The notes: generated by a model from the sequence alone, not told the origin. 64,000 nucleotides of DNA from an uncultured bacterium (GCA_903937035.1 CAIZXS010000009.1:11141-75140), one strand, 5' to 3'; shown: positions 11,031 through 20,437, counted from the first letter of the stretch. A program made the numbers and translations.

Positions 11031-11405
11031 ATGAAGAAGATAGTGTTTATCGTAGTTTTGGCAATTGCAATGGCTATCATGTACGCTTCGCCAAGGTATG
11101 GTGAGGCGGGAGAGTGGCCAAATATTGGCCACACAGAATGGAAAAAATCCGTACATGGTGGGAACGAAACCACCAAACAGTACTATGACCGGATGACGGT
11201 CACCTCACATGAATCTTTTCCGGAATCATTTTCGTCCGGACCTTCCCTGGAGGATAATTGGTTCCCAGTAGAGGGAAATGACAGCTCGAAGAATCCAAGC
11301 GATGAGCTTTTAGGCACAGCTCCGAAGGCATCGAAACCAGAAGCAGGGGTTTCTGCGAGTCCAGCGCTGTTAGTGGAGAAATTGCCATGTCCAAACGGTG
11401 GTTGA
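11031..11405 (+). CDS. Exported orphan protein, possibly extending through TGA to 11477
   Basis: Signal peptide MKKIVFIVVLAIAMA and an SD; the frame after TGA continues with the paralogous WNPADPHQPAQGTVSPRQF. Confidence 0.7.
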   Translation: MKKIVFIVVLAIAMAIMYASPRYGEAGEWPNIGHTEWKKSVHGGNETTKQYYDRMTVTSHESFPESFSSGPSLEDNWFPVEGNDSSKNPSDELLGTAPKASKPEAGVSASPALLVEKLPCPNGG

Positions 11406-11736
11406 TCCTCAGCTGCCTGGAATCCAGCTGATCCGCACCAGCCCGCACAGGGGACAGTGTCCCCGCGGCAGTTTTAAAACCAATCTTGGGTGTGTGTTAT
11501 GCAAAATCATCGCATACATGCCCCAAGGTTATCTCAAAATTCAGCTATTGACAAAAAAACGAGAATAGGTATACAATAATTAGTTAAATGAATAATTACA
11601 TTTCTTTAGGACATATAAGATTAATTGCTTATATATTTCATAAGGAGTGGTAATTTAGCTCCGTAGTTCTTATGCCAGAAAGCAGGTGTTCTGCTGGAAG
11701 GCTACAAATCAAAGTTTATTTTAAGGAGGAGTCGCT
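11385..11736 (+). repeat. Direct repeat copy 2, with an extra promoter-bearing segment
   Basis: Homologous to 10735-11030 plus ~50 nt containing TTGACA-N18-TACAAT. Confidence 0.9.
11548..11577 (+). promoter_or_regulatory. sigma70-type promoter
   Basis: TTGACA-18 nt-TACAAT. Confidence 0.7.
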
Positions 11737-12120
11737 ATGATGAAGTGCAGCAAATCTTTGTATTTTCTGGCAATCATTTTGGTGGTTGGGATGGTTTTTA
11801 TCCAGACCGCTTCCGCATTTCAAACCTATAACAATACCCGTCCAGGAGGAACGCAGCAATTGACTGGTGTTGATTCGGCTGAAATTCGTCCGAATTTGTT
11901 GAACCCCGGCGCACAGCTGTGGTTCCACGATGACGGAAGATGGGACGCACAGGGAGGAAAGTTTTCCCTACTGTTTCCTTCACAGGAGGCCTTTCAGGCC
12001 TACTGTGCCAACCCCAACCCCAGCCCTGCTGAGCTCCGACGGCTTGCAGAAGCAGAGCCTTTGTGTCCAAGCTCCGTCGGTAAAGGACAGAAGTGGTTAA
12101 TGTTTAAAGTCAACCGCTAA
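11737..12120 (+). CDS. Exported orphan protein
   Basis: AAGGAGGAG SD; signal peptide ending ASA; two Cys in the mature part. Confidence 0.75.
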   Translation: MMKCSKSLYFLAIILVVGMVFIQTASAFQTYNNTRPGGTQQLTGVDSAEIRPNLLNPGAQLWFHDDGRWDAQGGKFSLLFPSQEAFQAYCANPNPSPAELRRLAEAEPLCPSSVGKGQKWLMFKVNR

Positions 12121-12127
12121 TGTCCGA

Positions 12128-12192
12128 CAGTCCTAATTCCAAAGTGTGGAAAGTGTGCCAAAAGCACGCCGACCACCAAGGAGTTGGGACTG
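12128..12192 (+). other. Long imperfect 3' hairpin
   Basis: CAGTCCTAATTCC pairs with GGAGTTGGGACTG, enclosing GTGTGC-CAAAA-GCACGC. Confidence 0.6.
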
Positions 12193-12261
12193 GTTTTATT
12201 TTAGACAATCAAAAAACAGGCCATAAACCTGTTTTTATATTGCAAAAAAAATATACATTTT

Positions 12262-13269
12262 TTAAATATTTATTTCATACTTTTGTATTAATTTTTTCAA
12301 CTTTTCCATTTTTTCAGTTTGATCTTTTTTCCACCAGATGTGAAGAGTCATAAGTGAGCGGATCATGAGAGCGGCGTTCAGAGATTTTTCATCAATCGGT
12401 GTGATTGAGTTATAGCCGATTAGGATTTCGCTTTCTTCCTCAAGTCCGACTTTTTCACTTTCTGCTTCGATGCGTGATTTTATCAGTGTCGAAGCTAAGC
12501 ACATCATTGGGTGAGTGATTTTTGGGTTTGGGTCAAAAACGATGATCTCACCATCTTTGTAAAATAAATTATAAGGCCGAAAATCGTTATGGGTGAAAGA
12601 GGGTTTCTTTCCCGTTTTCATTTCATCGTCTAGAAATGCGAGCGCCTTATTCAGGGGCGCGTAAATTGCCTCCTGCAAAATACCCGCTTCAAGCATTTTG
12701 GGCAGTTTTTCTTCGAAAAGATTGTCTTTGATTTCTTCTTGAAAAGTGGCAAATTTGCCATGCACATTTGCTCCTGCAATTGCGTTGCCAAATCCATGAC
12801 TGGTCAGCTTGTGCAGCTTAGCCAAAATCTCTCCACTGGTTCTTGAAATTGCGCTGCTTATGCGCTCCTTGGTGTCCATGCTGTCGCTAAGCAGTGGTGC
12901 GTCAATATATTCCATTGTAGTAAAAGAGATTGGTGTTTTTTTATCTGCCATGTGTTTTCCGAGGATCTTGGGCACTCTTATCCCTGCCTTCCCCCAGCTT
13001 TCCAGAAAATGAGGTTCTGCTTCAATTGTTTCTTTGGCCGTTCCCATCTTAACGATATAGGGATTTTCTTTCCCAAGGTTAAGGCAGAAAACAACTGAAC
13101 GTGAACCGCGAGAAAACAACTCTAGATGGTCTAAGTCGATTGCTTGTTCAGGCAGGAGTCCATTTTGAGCAGCTAAAACTAAATTTGCCTTCGCTTCTTG
13201 GCGGAACTTAACTTCCTGCTCTTTCATCCAAGGTTCAATATTTATAGTTGCCTTAAAAATATTTTCCAT
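12262..13269 (-). CDS. Aminoglycoside-phosphotransferase/choline-kinase-like protein
   Basis: Gly-rich SRGSRS, IVKM, LAKLH, Brenner motif HNDFRPYNL and VFDP. Confidence 0.8.
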   Translation of the reverse strand: MENIFKATINIEPWMKEQEVKFRQEAKANLVLAAQNGLLPEQAIDLDHLELFSRGSRSVVFCLNLGKENPYIVKMGTAKETIEAEPHFLESWGKAGIRVPKILGKHMADKKTPISFTTMEYIDAPLLSDSMDTKERISSAISRTSGEILAKLHKLTSHGFGNAIAGANVHGKFATFQEEIKDNLFEEKLPKMLEAGILQEAIYAPLNKALAFLDDEMKTGKKPSFTHNDFRPYNLFYKDGEIIVFDPNPKITHPMMCLASTLIKSRIEAESEKVGLEEESEILIGYNSITPIDEKSLNAALMIRSLMTLHIWWKKDQTEKMEKLKKLIQKYEINI

Positions 13270-13287
13270 AATCTTTGATTGCTGCGA

Positions 13288-14226
13288 CTATTGTTTTTTT
13301 CGCGCATTGAAATCTACGCAGCCTTCTTTGATTGCCAGGGTGCATTTGCAATAGGGGACTTGGCATTTCTGCACTTTCTCATGCAGGTTTAACTTTCCTT
13401 CGAACATATTACCGAGAATTTCATTGTCGTGCGGGCAGCGCGTGATTGATCCATCAGGACGAATGCGGATAAGATCTTTTCCGGCCGTGCAGGGGACATT
13501 CATAAAAGATAGACTTTCAAAGCTAGCCACGCGATCGACTTCGGATGGAATGTGATCATGGAAAATTTTTCGCTCTTCCTCGCTATAGGCTTTGGGATAA
13601 TTTTTTCCCTCATAAGTTCCGCGGAAAGCACGCGCTTCCAGAATAAAGCCTTCTTTTTTGAACTGCTCAAAAATGGCCGGGAAGCGTTTGATGTCTGGTG
13701 GGTACATTACATAGTTAATTTCGACGCGAAAGCCCGCATCGCGCAAGCGCTTTACTTTCTCGAGCAGATCATCAACTGTGAGTCCTTGGCGCTCACGTTC
13801 AGCCAGATGCATCGAAACATAGAATGACCAGATATTTTCAGGACTAACTTCGGCGAGAAATTTATCAATCGGAAGTCCAAGGTTTGTGCCAATTGTTACT
13901 AGATGTTTTTGAGAGAGACGTTTGACGATTTCCACAAAGCGCGGATAGACGAACGGTTCTCCGCCGGAAATCACTAACCACCATTTCTTGCCCGTGTCGT
14001 CAAAAAATTGGCCGATTTGCTCGGGCATGATGAAATGCGTTTTATAGGGATTGATGGCGGGGACTTTGCTTCTGACCCAATCGCCAGCTCTTGTTTTGAG
14101 GCTGCGTTGTGAGTCATCAAAAAAGCAATAGGGACATTTGAAATTACATTCCAGGTTCAGTAGCCACATGGCAATTTTGTCATAACTCTTTTGTTTCGGG
14201 GAGCTTATTTTTGGGTTTTGGTTCAT
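13288..14226 (-). CDS. Radical SAM protein with a SPASM/twitch-like C-terminus
   Basis: CNFKCPYC (CxxxCxxC), SGGEP, C-terminal CTAG...GSITRC...C..C.C. Confidence 0.88.
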   Translation of the reverse strand: MNQNPKISSPKQKSYDKIAMWLLNLECNFKCPYCFFDDSQRSLKTRAGDWVRSKVPAINPYKTHFIMPEQIGQFFDDTGKKWWLVISGGEPFVYPRFVEIVKRLSQKHLVTIGTNLGLPIDKFLAEVSPENIWSFYVSMHLAERERQGLTVDDLLEKVKRLRDAGFRVEINYVMYPPDIKRFPAIFEQFKKEGFILEARAFRGTYEGKNYPKAYSEEERKIFHDHIPSEVDRVASFESLSFMNVPCTAGKDLIRIRPDGSITRCPHDNEILGNMFEGKLNLHEKVQKCQVPYCKCTLAIKEGCVDFNARKKQ

Positions 14227-14273
14227 AATATTTGGTCTAATTAATTTTAGAATTTATAAATTTAAAAAAGTGC

Positions 14274-14313
14274 TGTCATCCTTCGACTCCGCTGTGCTAC
14301 GCTCAGGATGACA
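14274..14313. repeat. Single REP palindrome, family B
   Basis: TGTCATCCTTCGACTCCGCT...CGCTCAGGATGACA; same termini as 18301-18439 and 59160-59300. Confidence 0.8.
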
Positions 14314-14324
14314 AGAAAGCTTGA

Positions 14325-15779
14325 TTATGTTTTTTTCCGCCAATATTCTTGACTTGCTCCCAGCCAACTGCCAAGGAGTAGCCAGCTGATGATTTGATAG
14401 GTGAAATCCATCGATGGTGATTCGACCATTGAAATTATTATCATTGAGCCGAAAAGAACGAGTGGAACAACGCCTAGAGTTTTTAGTTCCACATTGAAAT
14501 CCTTGCCCCAAAAATGAAGTTTCTCATTGAATTTTGGGTAACGCAAGAAGCTTTTGCTGGCATAATAGAGCGCTCCAATCAGATAGATGAGATAGAGAAG
14601 AACCCCCAAGACTCCACCTTCCAGAAAGAAACGAACAAGGTCATTGTGCGGATAGACATTGCCAGTCTCTTTACCCTGGGTATCTTTGATGATTTCGCTG
14701 AATGAGCCGATACCATAACCAATGAAAGGTTTTTTCCAGGCCTTAAAAAGGGCCATATCCCAAATCTCATAACGTCCATACATTGAGTCATACATGTGAT
14801 GTTCGAAAATTCCTAAAATTCTCTCTCTAGTTTTATCAAAGAGTAAAACAATAGAAGAGAGCAAGAGTCCGCAATAGACCATTAGCGTTCTAACGTGTGG
14901 CTTCATAATGAAGATTGCCAGCGCTGAAATGAGAAGTCCTGACCAAGCGGTTCGAGAATAGGTCAGGATAAAAAGTAGGCCTAAGATAAAAGCAAAAAAA
15001 TAGATTCCAAGCTTGGAGAGATTTGTTCTTCTGTTTTCCAGGCTTACGGCGAAAAAAGTTACTAGAAATAAGGTGAGGACAATGAAGAGAAATGAGCCGA
15101 AAGTATTGGGATGGGGAAATGTGGCGGCAATTCTCCCAAGGCTTGAGTCATTTTCAAAAAAATAATTACCAGTCAGAAGCTGAAAGATGCCAGTCAGGGC
15201 TGGGATTACAGCGGAAAAAATAATCACAAGGATTGTTTTGAGAAAATTCTCCTTTGAGCTTAGAAAGAGATAACCCAGAAAATAGGCAGAGAATCCAGCC
15301 AGAAGGTAGACTTCAAAGATAAGTCCAATGGCCAGATACTTAGATGGCAGGAGAACTGTAATGCTTAAAGCGGCTGATATGAGTAGGATGAAAAACAAGG
15401 GGATTTTTGCCATTTTCTTGCCGACTCGCAGGATTTCGATGATTGCCAGAAAGATAAGAAAGAGACAAGTTAATGAAAAAGGATTAACATATAAATCTCC
15501 TATATTCACGATATTTTGGAAAAGAGTTCCAATATTAATCTGATAGTTATTGAGCCCGACAACCACGGGAAGAAAAAATAGAATTGTCCAAAGCACTTTT
15601 TTCATATCAAAAAATGCTAATCCAGTAAGGAACATGAAAATAAAGGCGCCCATTACCAAGCGAACGTTTCCTGCGAGTTGTCCAAAGAGCAGTCCAGTAA
15701 GAAAAAAAACAACAGAAAAAAACAGTACGTAAGCATAGAAGCGAGAATTTTTATTCAATTTTGGGATTAGGCTTTGCAT
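14325..15779 (-). CDS. O-antigen ligase/Wzy-like membrane protein
   Basis: Many TMs; HPNTFG, TYSRTAW, GYGIGSF and PHND motifs. Confidence 0.85.
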   Translation of the reverse strand: MQSLIPKLNKNSRFYAYVLFFSVVFFLTGLLFGQLAGNVRLVMGAFIFMFLTGLAFFDMKKVLWTILFFLPVVVGLNNYQINIGTLFQNIVNIGDLYVNPFSLTCLFLIFLAIIEILRVGKKMAKIPLFFILLISAALSITVLLPSKYLAIGLIFEVYLLAGFSAYFLGYLFLSSKENFLKTILVIIFSAVIPALTGIFQLLTGNYFFENDSSLGRIAATFPHPNTFGSFLFIVLTLFLVTFFAVSLENRRTNLSKLGIYFFAFILGLLFILTYSRTAWSGLLISALAIFIMKPHVRTLMVYCGLLLSSIVLLFDKTRERILGIFEHHMYDSMYGRYEIWDMALFKAWKKPFIGYGIGSFSEIIKDTQGKETGNVYPHNDLVRFFLEGGVLGVLLYLIYLIGALYYASKSFLRYPKFNEKLHFWGKDFNVELKTLGVVPLVLFGSMIIISMVESPSMDFTYQIISWLLLGSWLGASQEYWRKKT

Positions 15780-15791
15780 ATTGTTGTGCGG

Positions 15792-17018
15792 TTATTTTTG
15801 AAAAAATTTATCAAATAGATCGAAATAGAGCGGCAAAACTTTTTCGGATGAGTATCTTGCGGTTTCTTCTAGATAAGTATTGTTTTTCTCAAAAAGTTTT
15901 TCAGGGTTGATTTTTGCAATCGATTCTTCCCACTTTGTGTAATCAACCAGTGCTCCTGTGCCAGTTTTTTCAATCATCTCTTCGATGACCCCGATTTCTT
16001 TATTGGCAATAATGGGTAGTCCGGCCCCCCAGAAATCTACAATCTTGATGTAAAGCATCATGGTTTTGAACTTGGCGGTAGTTGTCAGGCAAATGCCTGC
16101 GTCGCATGCGCAGAGGTAGTGGTAGCGTTCTGTGGGAGCATAGGATGAAATAGCATAGGAGTCTTTTTCAAACCCATATTTTTCAAAAATTTCTGGTAGA
16201 GATTTTAAGATTCCATAGGATTCTGTTCGCGCGTAATCTTCTTTCAGAAATAGCTGGAAAAAAATAGCAGGATTTTTTTTCCTAAGTCGAGACACGAGAT
16301 CAACCATCTGCTCAAATTCATACCAAGCTTCAACTGTTCCAGTATAGGCAATTACCTTTTTTCCTGTAAATCCGAGCTTTTCGCGCATTTTCTCTCGATT
16401 CCAGTCTTTGTCAGGAAGTAGTGTGGCGTCCCAATAATTTGGTATGACCGTAAATTGTCCCTCATTAAGTTTGTATAATTCTCCTAGATGCTTTTTAAAT
16501 TCTTCAGTTTCTACGATAGTGGAGAAGCTTTTTCGGATAGCGATTTTTTCCAGAAGTCCAATCGCGTTGGCATAGAGCAGATCTTTGAATTTTCTGTAGT
16601 ACTTACGTTCTGCCACATAGGCGCCGCGCGGGCTATAGATGAAAGAAGTGTGCCAAAAATATTTGGCCCAGAGGAGAAAGGGGATAAACTTATAATTTCT
16701 GGCATAGATGACGGGCGATTCACTGGCCGTATCTTTGAGTTGTTTTTTGAAAAGCTGATATGATTTCAGTGAGAAATATAAAATAGAGGGCAGTAGGGTG
16801 AAACGGGGGACATTGATTTTTTGCAAAACTATCCCCGCCCCAGTCAATTTTTTTTCTGCTTCAGTTCGATATTTTTCTTGGGCGTCGAATCTTCCGCTGG
16901 TTTCCAAGACTTCAGTTGCATATCCAAGGCGAGCAGCTTCCAAGAGAATAGGAAAAAGCTGAGCTTGGATAACCCCATTGGTAATTGGCATTTCTGATAG
17001 AAACAAAATCTTTTTCAT
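15792..17018 (-). CDS. Glycosyltransferase (GT-B, family 4-like)
   Basis: VIPNY, IAYTGT, KIVDFWGAGLPII. Confidence 0.8.
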   Translation of the reverse strand: MKKILFLSEMPITNGVIQAQLFPILLEAARLGYATEVLETSGRFDAQEKYRTEAEKKLTGAGIVLQKINVPRFTLLPSILYFSLKSYQLFKKQLKDTASESPVIYARNYKFIPFLLWAKYFWHTSFIYSPRGAYVAERKYYRKFKDLLYANAIGLLEKIAIRKSFSTIVETEEFKKHLGELYKLNEGQFTVIPNYWDATLLPDKDWNREKMREKLGFTGKKVIAYTGTVEAWYEFEQMVDLVSRLRKKNPAIFFQLFLKEDYARTESYGILKSLPEIFEKYGFEKDSYAISSYAPTERYHYLCACDAGICLTTTAKFKTMMLYIKIVDFWGAGLPIIANKEIGVIEEMIEKTGTGALVDYTKWEESIAKINPEKLFEKNNTYLEETARYSSEKVLPLYFDLFDKFFQK

Positions 17019-17033
17019 GCTAGCTATTCTATG

Positions 17034-17177
17034 ACTTACGCATTTACCAAAAACAAGCTTTAAAGCGCGTGGCTGTTTGAAGTTCGTTTTTTACTTATTT
17101 TAGCATCTGAAACTATTGAAGTTTTTTCCGGATCAACCTGGGCTATAGAAAAGCTTATTCTTAGCAAACGCGTAAGT
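17034..17177 (-). mobile_element. MITE-like element, family C copy 1
   Basis: ~28-nt imperfect TIRs ACTTACGCRTTTRC...AAGCTTT; full-length homology in inverted orientation to 39734-39872. Confidence 0.8.
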
Positions 17178-17193
17178 TACATGTTCTTTGCTT

Positions 17194-18207
17194 TTAGGTT
17201 TTTTCGATAACCTGATTTATAAACAGTATATCATTTTTCCAGCGAATAGTATCCTTTTTTAGAAAAGTGTCTATTTTTTCCTCTATCTCAGTTTTCTTTG
17301 CTTGAGCTAGTTGAATTTTTTCTGCCAGATCACTTGCCTTGTGATTGGTAAAGAGAGCGACGTCAGAAAAATAATGCTTAATTGTTTCGGAATCTGAAGT
17401 GACAAAGGGTTTTTTGAGCGCCATGATTTCTCTGATCGACCAAAGAACAGTGTCTCGTCTCTTAGTAAGCGCAAGAACGACGTCACAGCGATTCATGAGA
17501 GTCATAAACTCTTTGTGCTTTAGATACCCCGTGGTGGTAACATTCGCCGGGAAAGCATCTTTGATTTTTTGGCTAATCTTTTCGTCATTTCCAGTGAGAA
17601 AAAAAAGTGCCTGTGGCATTATCCTTGCCGTCTCAACTACTTCCTGCCAGGCATCATCAGCCTCGGCAAAGCGATTGACCATAAAAACTTTTAAACCAGC
17701 TTGGTTTTTTAGTTTTGCCTCTAACTCATCGGATAGTGCTATATTTTCCTTTAGAATTTCTAGCTTTGTCGGTGTGTAAAATTGCAAAACAGAACTTTTT
17801 TCAATTCCCCAATTTTTGAGATATTCTAAATTCTTATAATTATGCGCCGTATTCCAAATTGCCCGCTTGGCTAGGAATTTATGAAGTGGGTGAAAGTAGG
17901 TCCATTTTTTGTCGATAAATCCAGCTGTATGTGTGTCGATGATATATGCGGCCGAATTGAATTTGGCATAAAGGTAGACAACAGCGACAGCAATGATGGG
18001 CGGATTTTGTACGAAGATGATTTGTGGTCTAATTTGCCTCAATTTTTTGTATGTGTCAAAACCTTGAATGATATAGCGTACAATTGTGGGAATGGCAAAA
18101 TTACCCCAATACTTTTCGCAAGAGATGATAATTTCGGCGTCAATTTCTCGAGCGAGAAATTCGCTCAATTTGACTTCCTGGACCCAGATTACAAATGCTT
18201 TTTTCAT
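17194..18207 (-). CDS. Glycosyltransferase (GT-B, family 4-like)
   Basis: QNPP, IDTH, EIMALKKPFVTSD. Confidence 0.8.
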   Translation of the reverse strand: MKKAFVIWVQEVKLSEFLAREIDAEIIISCEKYWGNFAIPTIVRYIIQGFDTYKKLRQIRPQIIFVQNPPIIAVAVVYLYAKFNSAAYIIDTHTAGFIDKKWTYFHPLHKFLAKRAIWNTAHNYKNLEYLKNWGIEKSSVLQFYTPTKLEILKENIALSDELEAKLKNQAGLKVFMVNRFAEADDAWQEVVETARIMPQALFFLTGNDEKISQKIKDAFPANVTTTGYLKHKEFMTLMNRCDVVLALTKRRDTVLWSIREIMALKKPFVTSDSETIKHYFSDVALFTNHKASDLAEKIQLAQAKKTEIEEKIDTFLKKDTIRWKNDILFINQVIEKT

Positions 18208-18300
18208 ACTTTACGAATTAGTACGAATATACGAATAAATATTAGTTCAATTTTTGTCTTATACAGGGCTTACGCGTTTGCCGAAAAAATAATCAATCTG

Positions 18301-18439
18301 TGTCATCCTGAGCGAAGCGGAGCGTAGTCGAAGGATCTACTTTCCATTATCATAAGCGTTGCTATTAAGTAGAAAGCTCTGGGTTATGGTTAGCAGATCC
18401 TTCGGCTTTGTCCGGGTACGGACTTCGCTCAGGATGACA
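18301..18439. repeat. REP doublet (REPIN-like), family B
   Basis: TGTCATCCTGAGCG...GAAGGATCT / AGATCCTTCG...CGCTCAGGATGACA; spacer also homologous to 59160-59300. Confidence 0.9.
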
Positions 18440-18452
18440 ACTTTTTTATTCC

Positions 18453-19661
18453 TTATTCTTTATTATTTACGAACAGCGAACTATACGCGCGTAAGAGTTC
18501 TTTTTGCGCTGAGGCTTGGCTAAAGAGGTAACTCCCGGCTCGTTTCTTGCTTTCAGCTGACATTGACTGGCGCAAGGCAAAACTATCAATAAGGCTGACT
18601 ACCGCCCTGGCAAATTCTTTTTCATTATTATTTTTAACGTAGATTGCTGCATTGCCCGCTGTCGTCTTAGCCTCTTTTAGGTCGTAGGCGATAACTGGCA
18701 GTCCTGCAGTCATATACTCGAGAATTTTATTGTGCAGAGAATTATCTGTGTAGTCATTTTTTGGTTCTGGCATAAGGCCAATTTGAGAGGCATAAAAATA
18801 GCTCGAGATGACTTTGGCATCAGCCCAGCCAGTAAAGATGACATTATCTTTTATTTTATACTCTTCACTCATTTTTACCAAGCGTTCAAAATCATCGCCA
18901 TCACCCATAAGAACAAATCCGATGTCAGTTCTTTTAAGTTCATGCACGATTACTTTGATGCTGCGCAGAAGTTTATCCACTCCGTCCTGCGGGCCCATTA
19001 CACCAAGATATGAGCAGATTGAGCGATACTTTGCTTGAATTTTTTTGGTCAATTCCGTATTGACTAGTTCCGGGCTGATTTGGGTTGGGTCTGGCGCGGA
19101 GCGGACGATGAAATTTTTTGCTCTTACTTTGACGCGAGAGAGGGTTTTCTTTTGACCAGACTCGCAAGTTGAAAGATGAATATCGCAAAAGCGGTAACTC
19201 ATTCGTTCCATGAAAAGCAAGATTTTATAGAGAAAATGCTCCTTGGTTTTACCAAAACGGCAAAGCAACATTTCTGGCATCAGATCGTGTTGATCGTAAA
19301 CAAATTTGACGCCAAGAGGTTTGAAAAATAGAGCGATGATAAAAAAGAAATCTGGTGGATTGGCAGAGTGTAGAATAGAAAAACCACGCGTGAAAAAAAT
19401 TTTCCAAGCTAGATAGAAAGTTAACGTAAAAGAATAAGAATATTCCCAAAGATAGCTAAGGTAGCCAGAAGATTTTGGTGCCATCAAATAACGATGCATG
19501 TGAATGCCGTCTGCTATTTCAAATTTAGTCTGCTCTGGCTTTCTTGGAGAAATAATGGAAACAGTATAGCCAGATTTTTCAAGGGCTCGCGCTTCCATCA
19601 TGATCCGACGGTCCTGGGGGACGGGCAGATTTTGGACTAAAAATAGAACTGATTTTTTCAT
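18453..19661 (-). CDS. Glycosyltransferase family 4
   Basis: NLPVPQDRR, HSANPPD, YDQHDLMPE, NKILEYMTAGLPV. Confidence 0.9.
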   Translation of the reverse strand: MKKSVLFLVQNLPVPQDRRIMMEARALEKSGYTVSIISPRKPEQTKFEIADGIHMHRYLMAPKSSGYLSYLWEYSYSFTLTFYLAWKIFFTRGFSILHSANPPDFFFIIALFFKPLGVKFVYDQHDLMPEMLLCRFGKTKEHFLYKILLFMERMSYRFCDIHLSTCESGQKKTLSRVKVRAKNFIVRSAPDPTQISPELVNTELTKKIQAKYRSICSYLGVMGPQDGVDKLLRSIKVIVHELKRTDIGFVLMGDGDDFERLVKMSEEYKIKDNVIFTGWADAKVISSYFYASQIGLMPEPKNDYTDNSLHNKILEYMTAGLPVIAYDLKEAKTTAGNAAIYVKNNNEKEFARAVVSLIDSFALRQSMSAESKKRAGSYLFSQASAQKELLRAYSSLFVNNKE

Positions 19662-19666
19662 TTGAT

Positions 19667-20326
19667 TTAGGATTTGATAATTTTTCTGAGCATGAATAAT
19701 GCTGTTTCAACTATAATAGCAAAATCCAAAAAGATTGAATAATTTTCGATGTAGTGCAAGTCGTGGTCAATATTTTCATGGATCGGTTTTTTGCGATCAG
19801 CATGAATTTGCCAGAGTCCAGTAATTCCCGGTTTAACAAAGAGTCTTGTTCTTTCAAAAAGGCTGTAATCTTTTGCAATAAATTCCATTTCTGGTCTTGG
19901 TCCGACAATGCTCATCTCACCTTTGAGCACATTTACGAATTGTGGCAATTCATCTAGTCCTGTGTTTCTCAGAAATTTTCCCAAGGGGGCTATTCTCGGG
20001 TCGTCGCTTTTATTTGGTGTTACGGCATAGGGATTTGTATTGGCATAGAGTGTGCGGAATTTATAGAGGCGAAAAAGTTTTCCGTCTTTGCCAACGCGTT
20101 TTTGAGAAAAAATGATCGGATCGCTCGAAGTCAACTTTTTAGCAATGGCGATGAAAAGCATGAGGGGAGCGGAAAAGATTAGAATCACCAAAGACAAAAA
20201 GACGTCAATGAAGCGTTTGAGGAAACTTGAAGCTGAGCTGATTCCGAAATAATTCAGTTTGTTGGAATTATTTGCGATGCTGATTGAGGCGTATTGGAGG
20301 TAATTTTCCGTATTTAGTTTGTTCAT
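19667..20326 (-). CDS. Sugar transferase (polyprenyl-phosphate glycosylphosphotransferase, WcaJ/WbaP C-domain)
   Basis: KRFID, KFRTL, LDELPQFVNVLKGEMSIVGPRPE, KPGITGLWQ. Confidence 0.93.
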   Translation of the reverse strand: MNKLNTENYLQYASISIANNSNKLNYFGISSASSFLKRFIDVFLSLVILIFSAPLMLFIAIAKKLTSSDPIIFSQKRVGKDGKLFRLYKFRTLYANTNPYAVTPNKSDDPRIAPLGKFLRNTGLDELPQFVNVLKGEMSIVGPRPEMEFIAKDYSLFERTRLFVKPGITGLWQIHADRKKPIHENIDHDLHYIENYSIFLDFAIIVETALFMLRKIIKS

Positions 20327-20360
20327 GGGTGGTCAAAATTAGTCAATTAAGTAACCGTCA

Positions 20361-20437
20361 ATCATAGCGCATTTTTCATTCTTTGTCAATAGCGAAGGTC
20401 TTGAGCTATTGACAAATTTTAAATATGGTGCTATGCT
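20361..20437. promoter_or_regulatory. Back-to-back divergent sigma70 promoters
   Basis: Minus strand: TTGACA(20389-20384)-17-TATGAT; plus strand: TTGACA(20409)-17-TATGCT. Confidence 0.7.

Noticed and set aside
11406-11530. Canonical SECIS element
   Set aside because: The hairpin after TGA has an atypical distance and no G-led apical loop; the 3' hairpin lacks the GA quartet and also exists after the Cys-containing paralog
10831-12192. Integron attC cassette array
   Set aside because: No clear RYYYAAC/GTTRRRY boxes at the hairpin ends and no integrase in the window
12120-12353. 77-aa ORF following the third cassette gene
   Set aside because: It runs through a hairpin and terminator and overlaps the convergent kinase gene; no SD
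14254-14511. 85-aa ORF ending CHPERSTAESKD (also 17881-18327 ending CHPERSGA)
   Set aside because: The shared peptide is just translated family-B REP sequence in spurious frames
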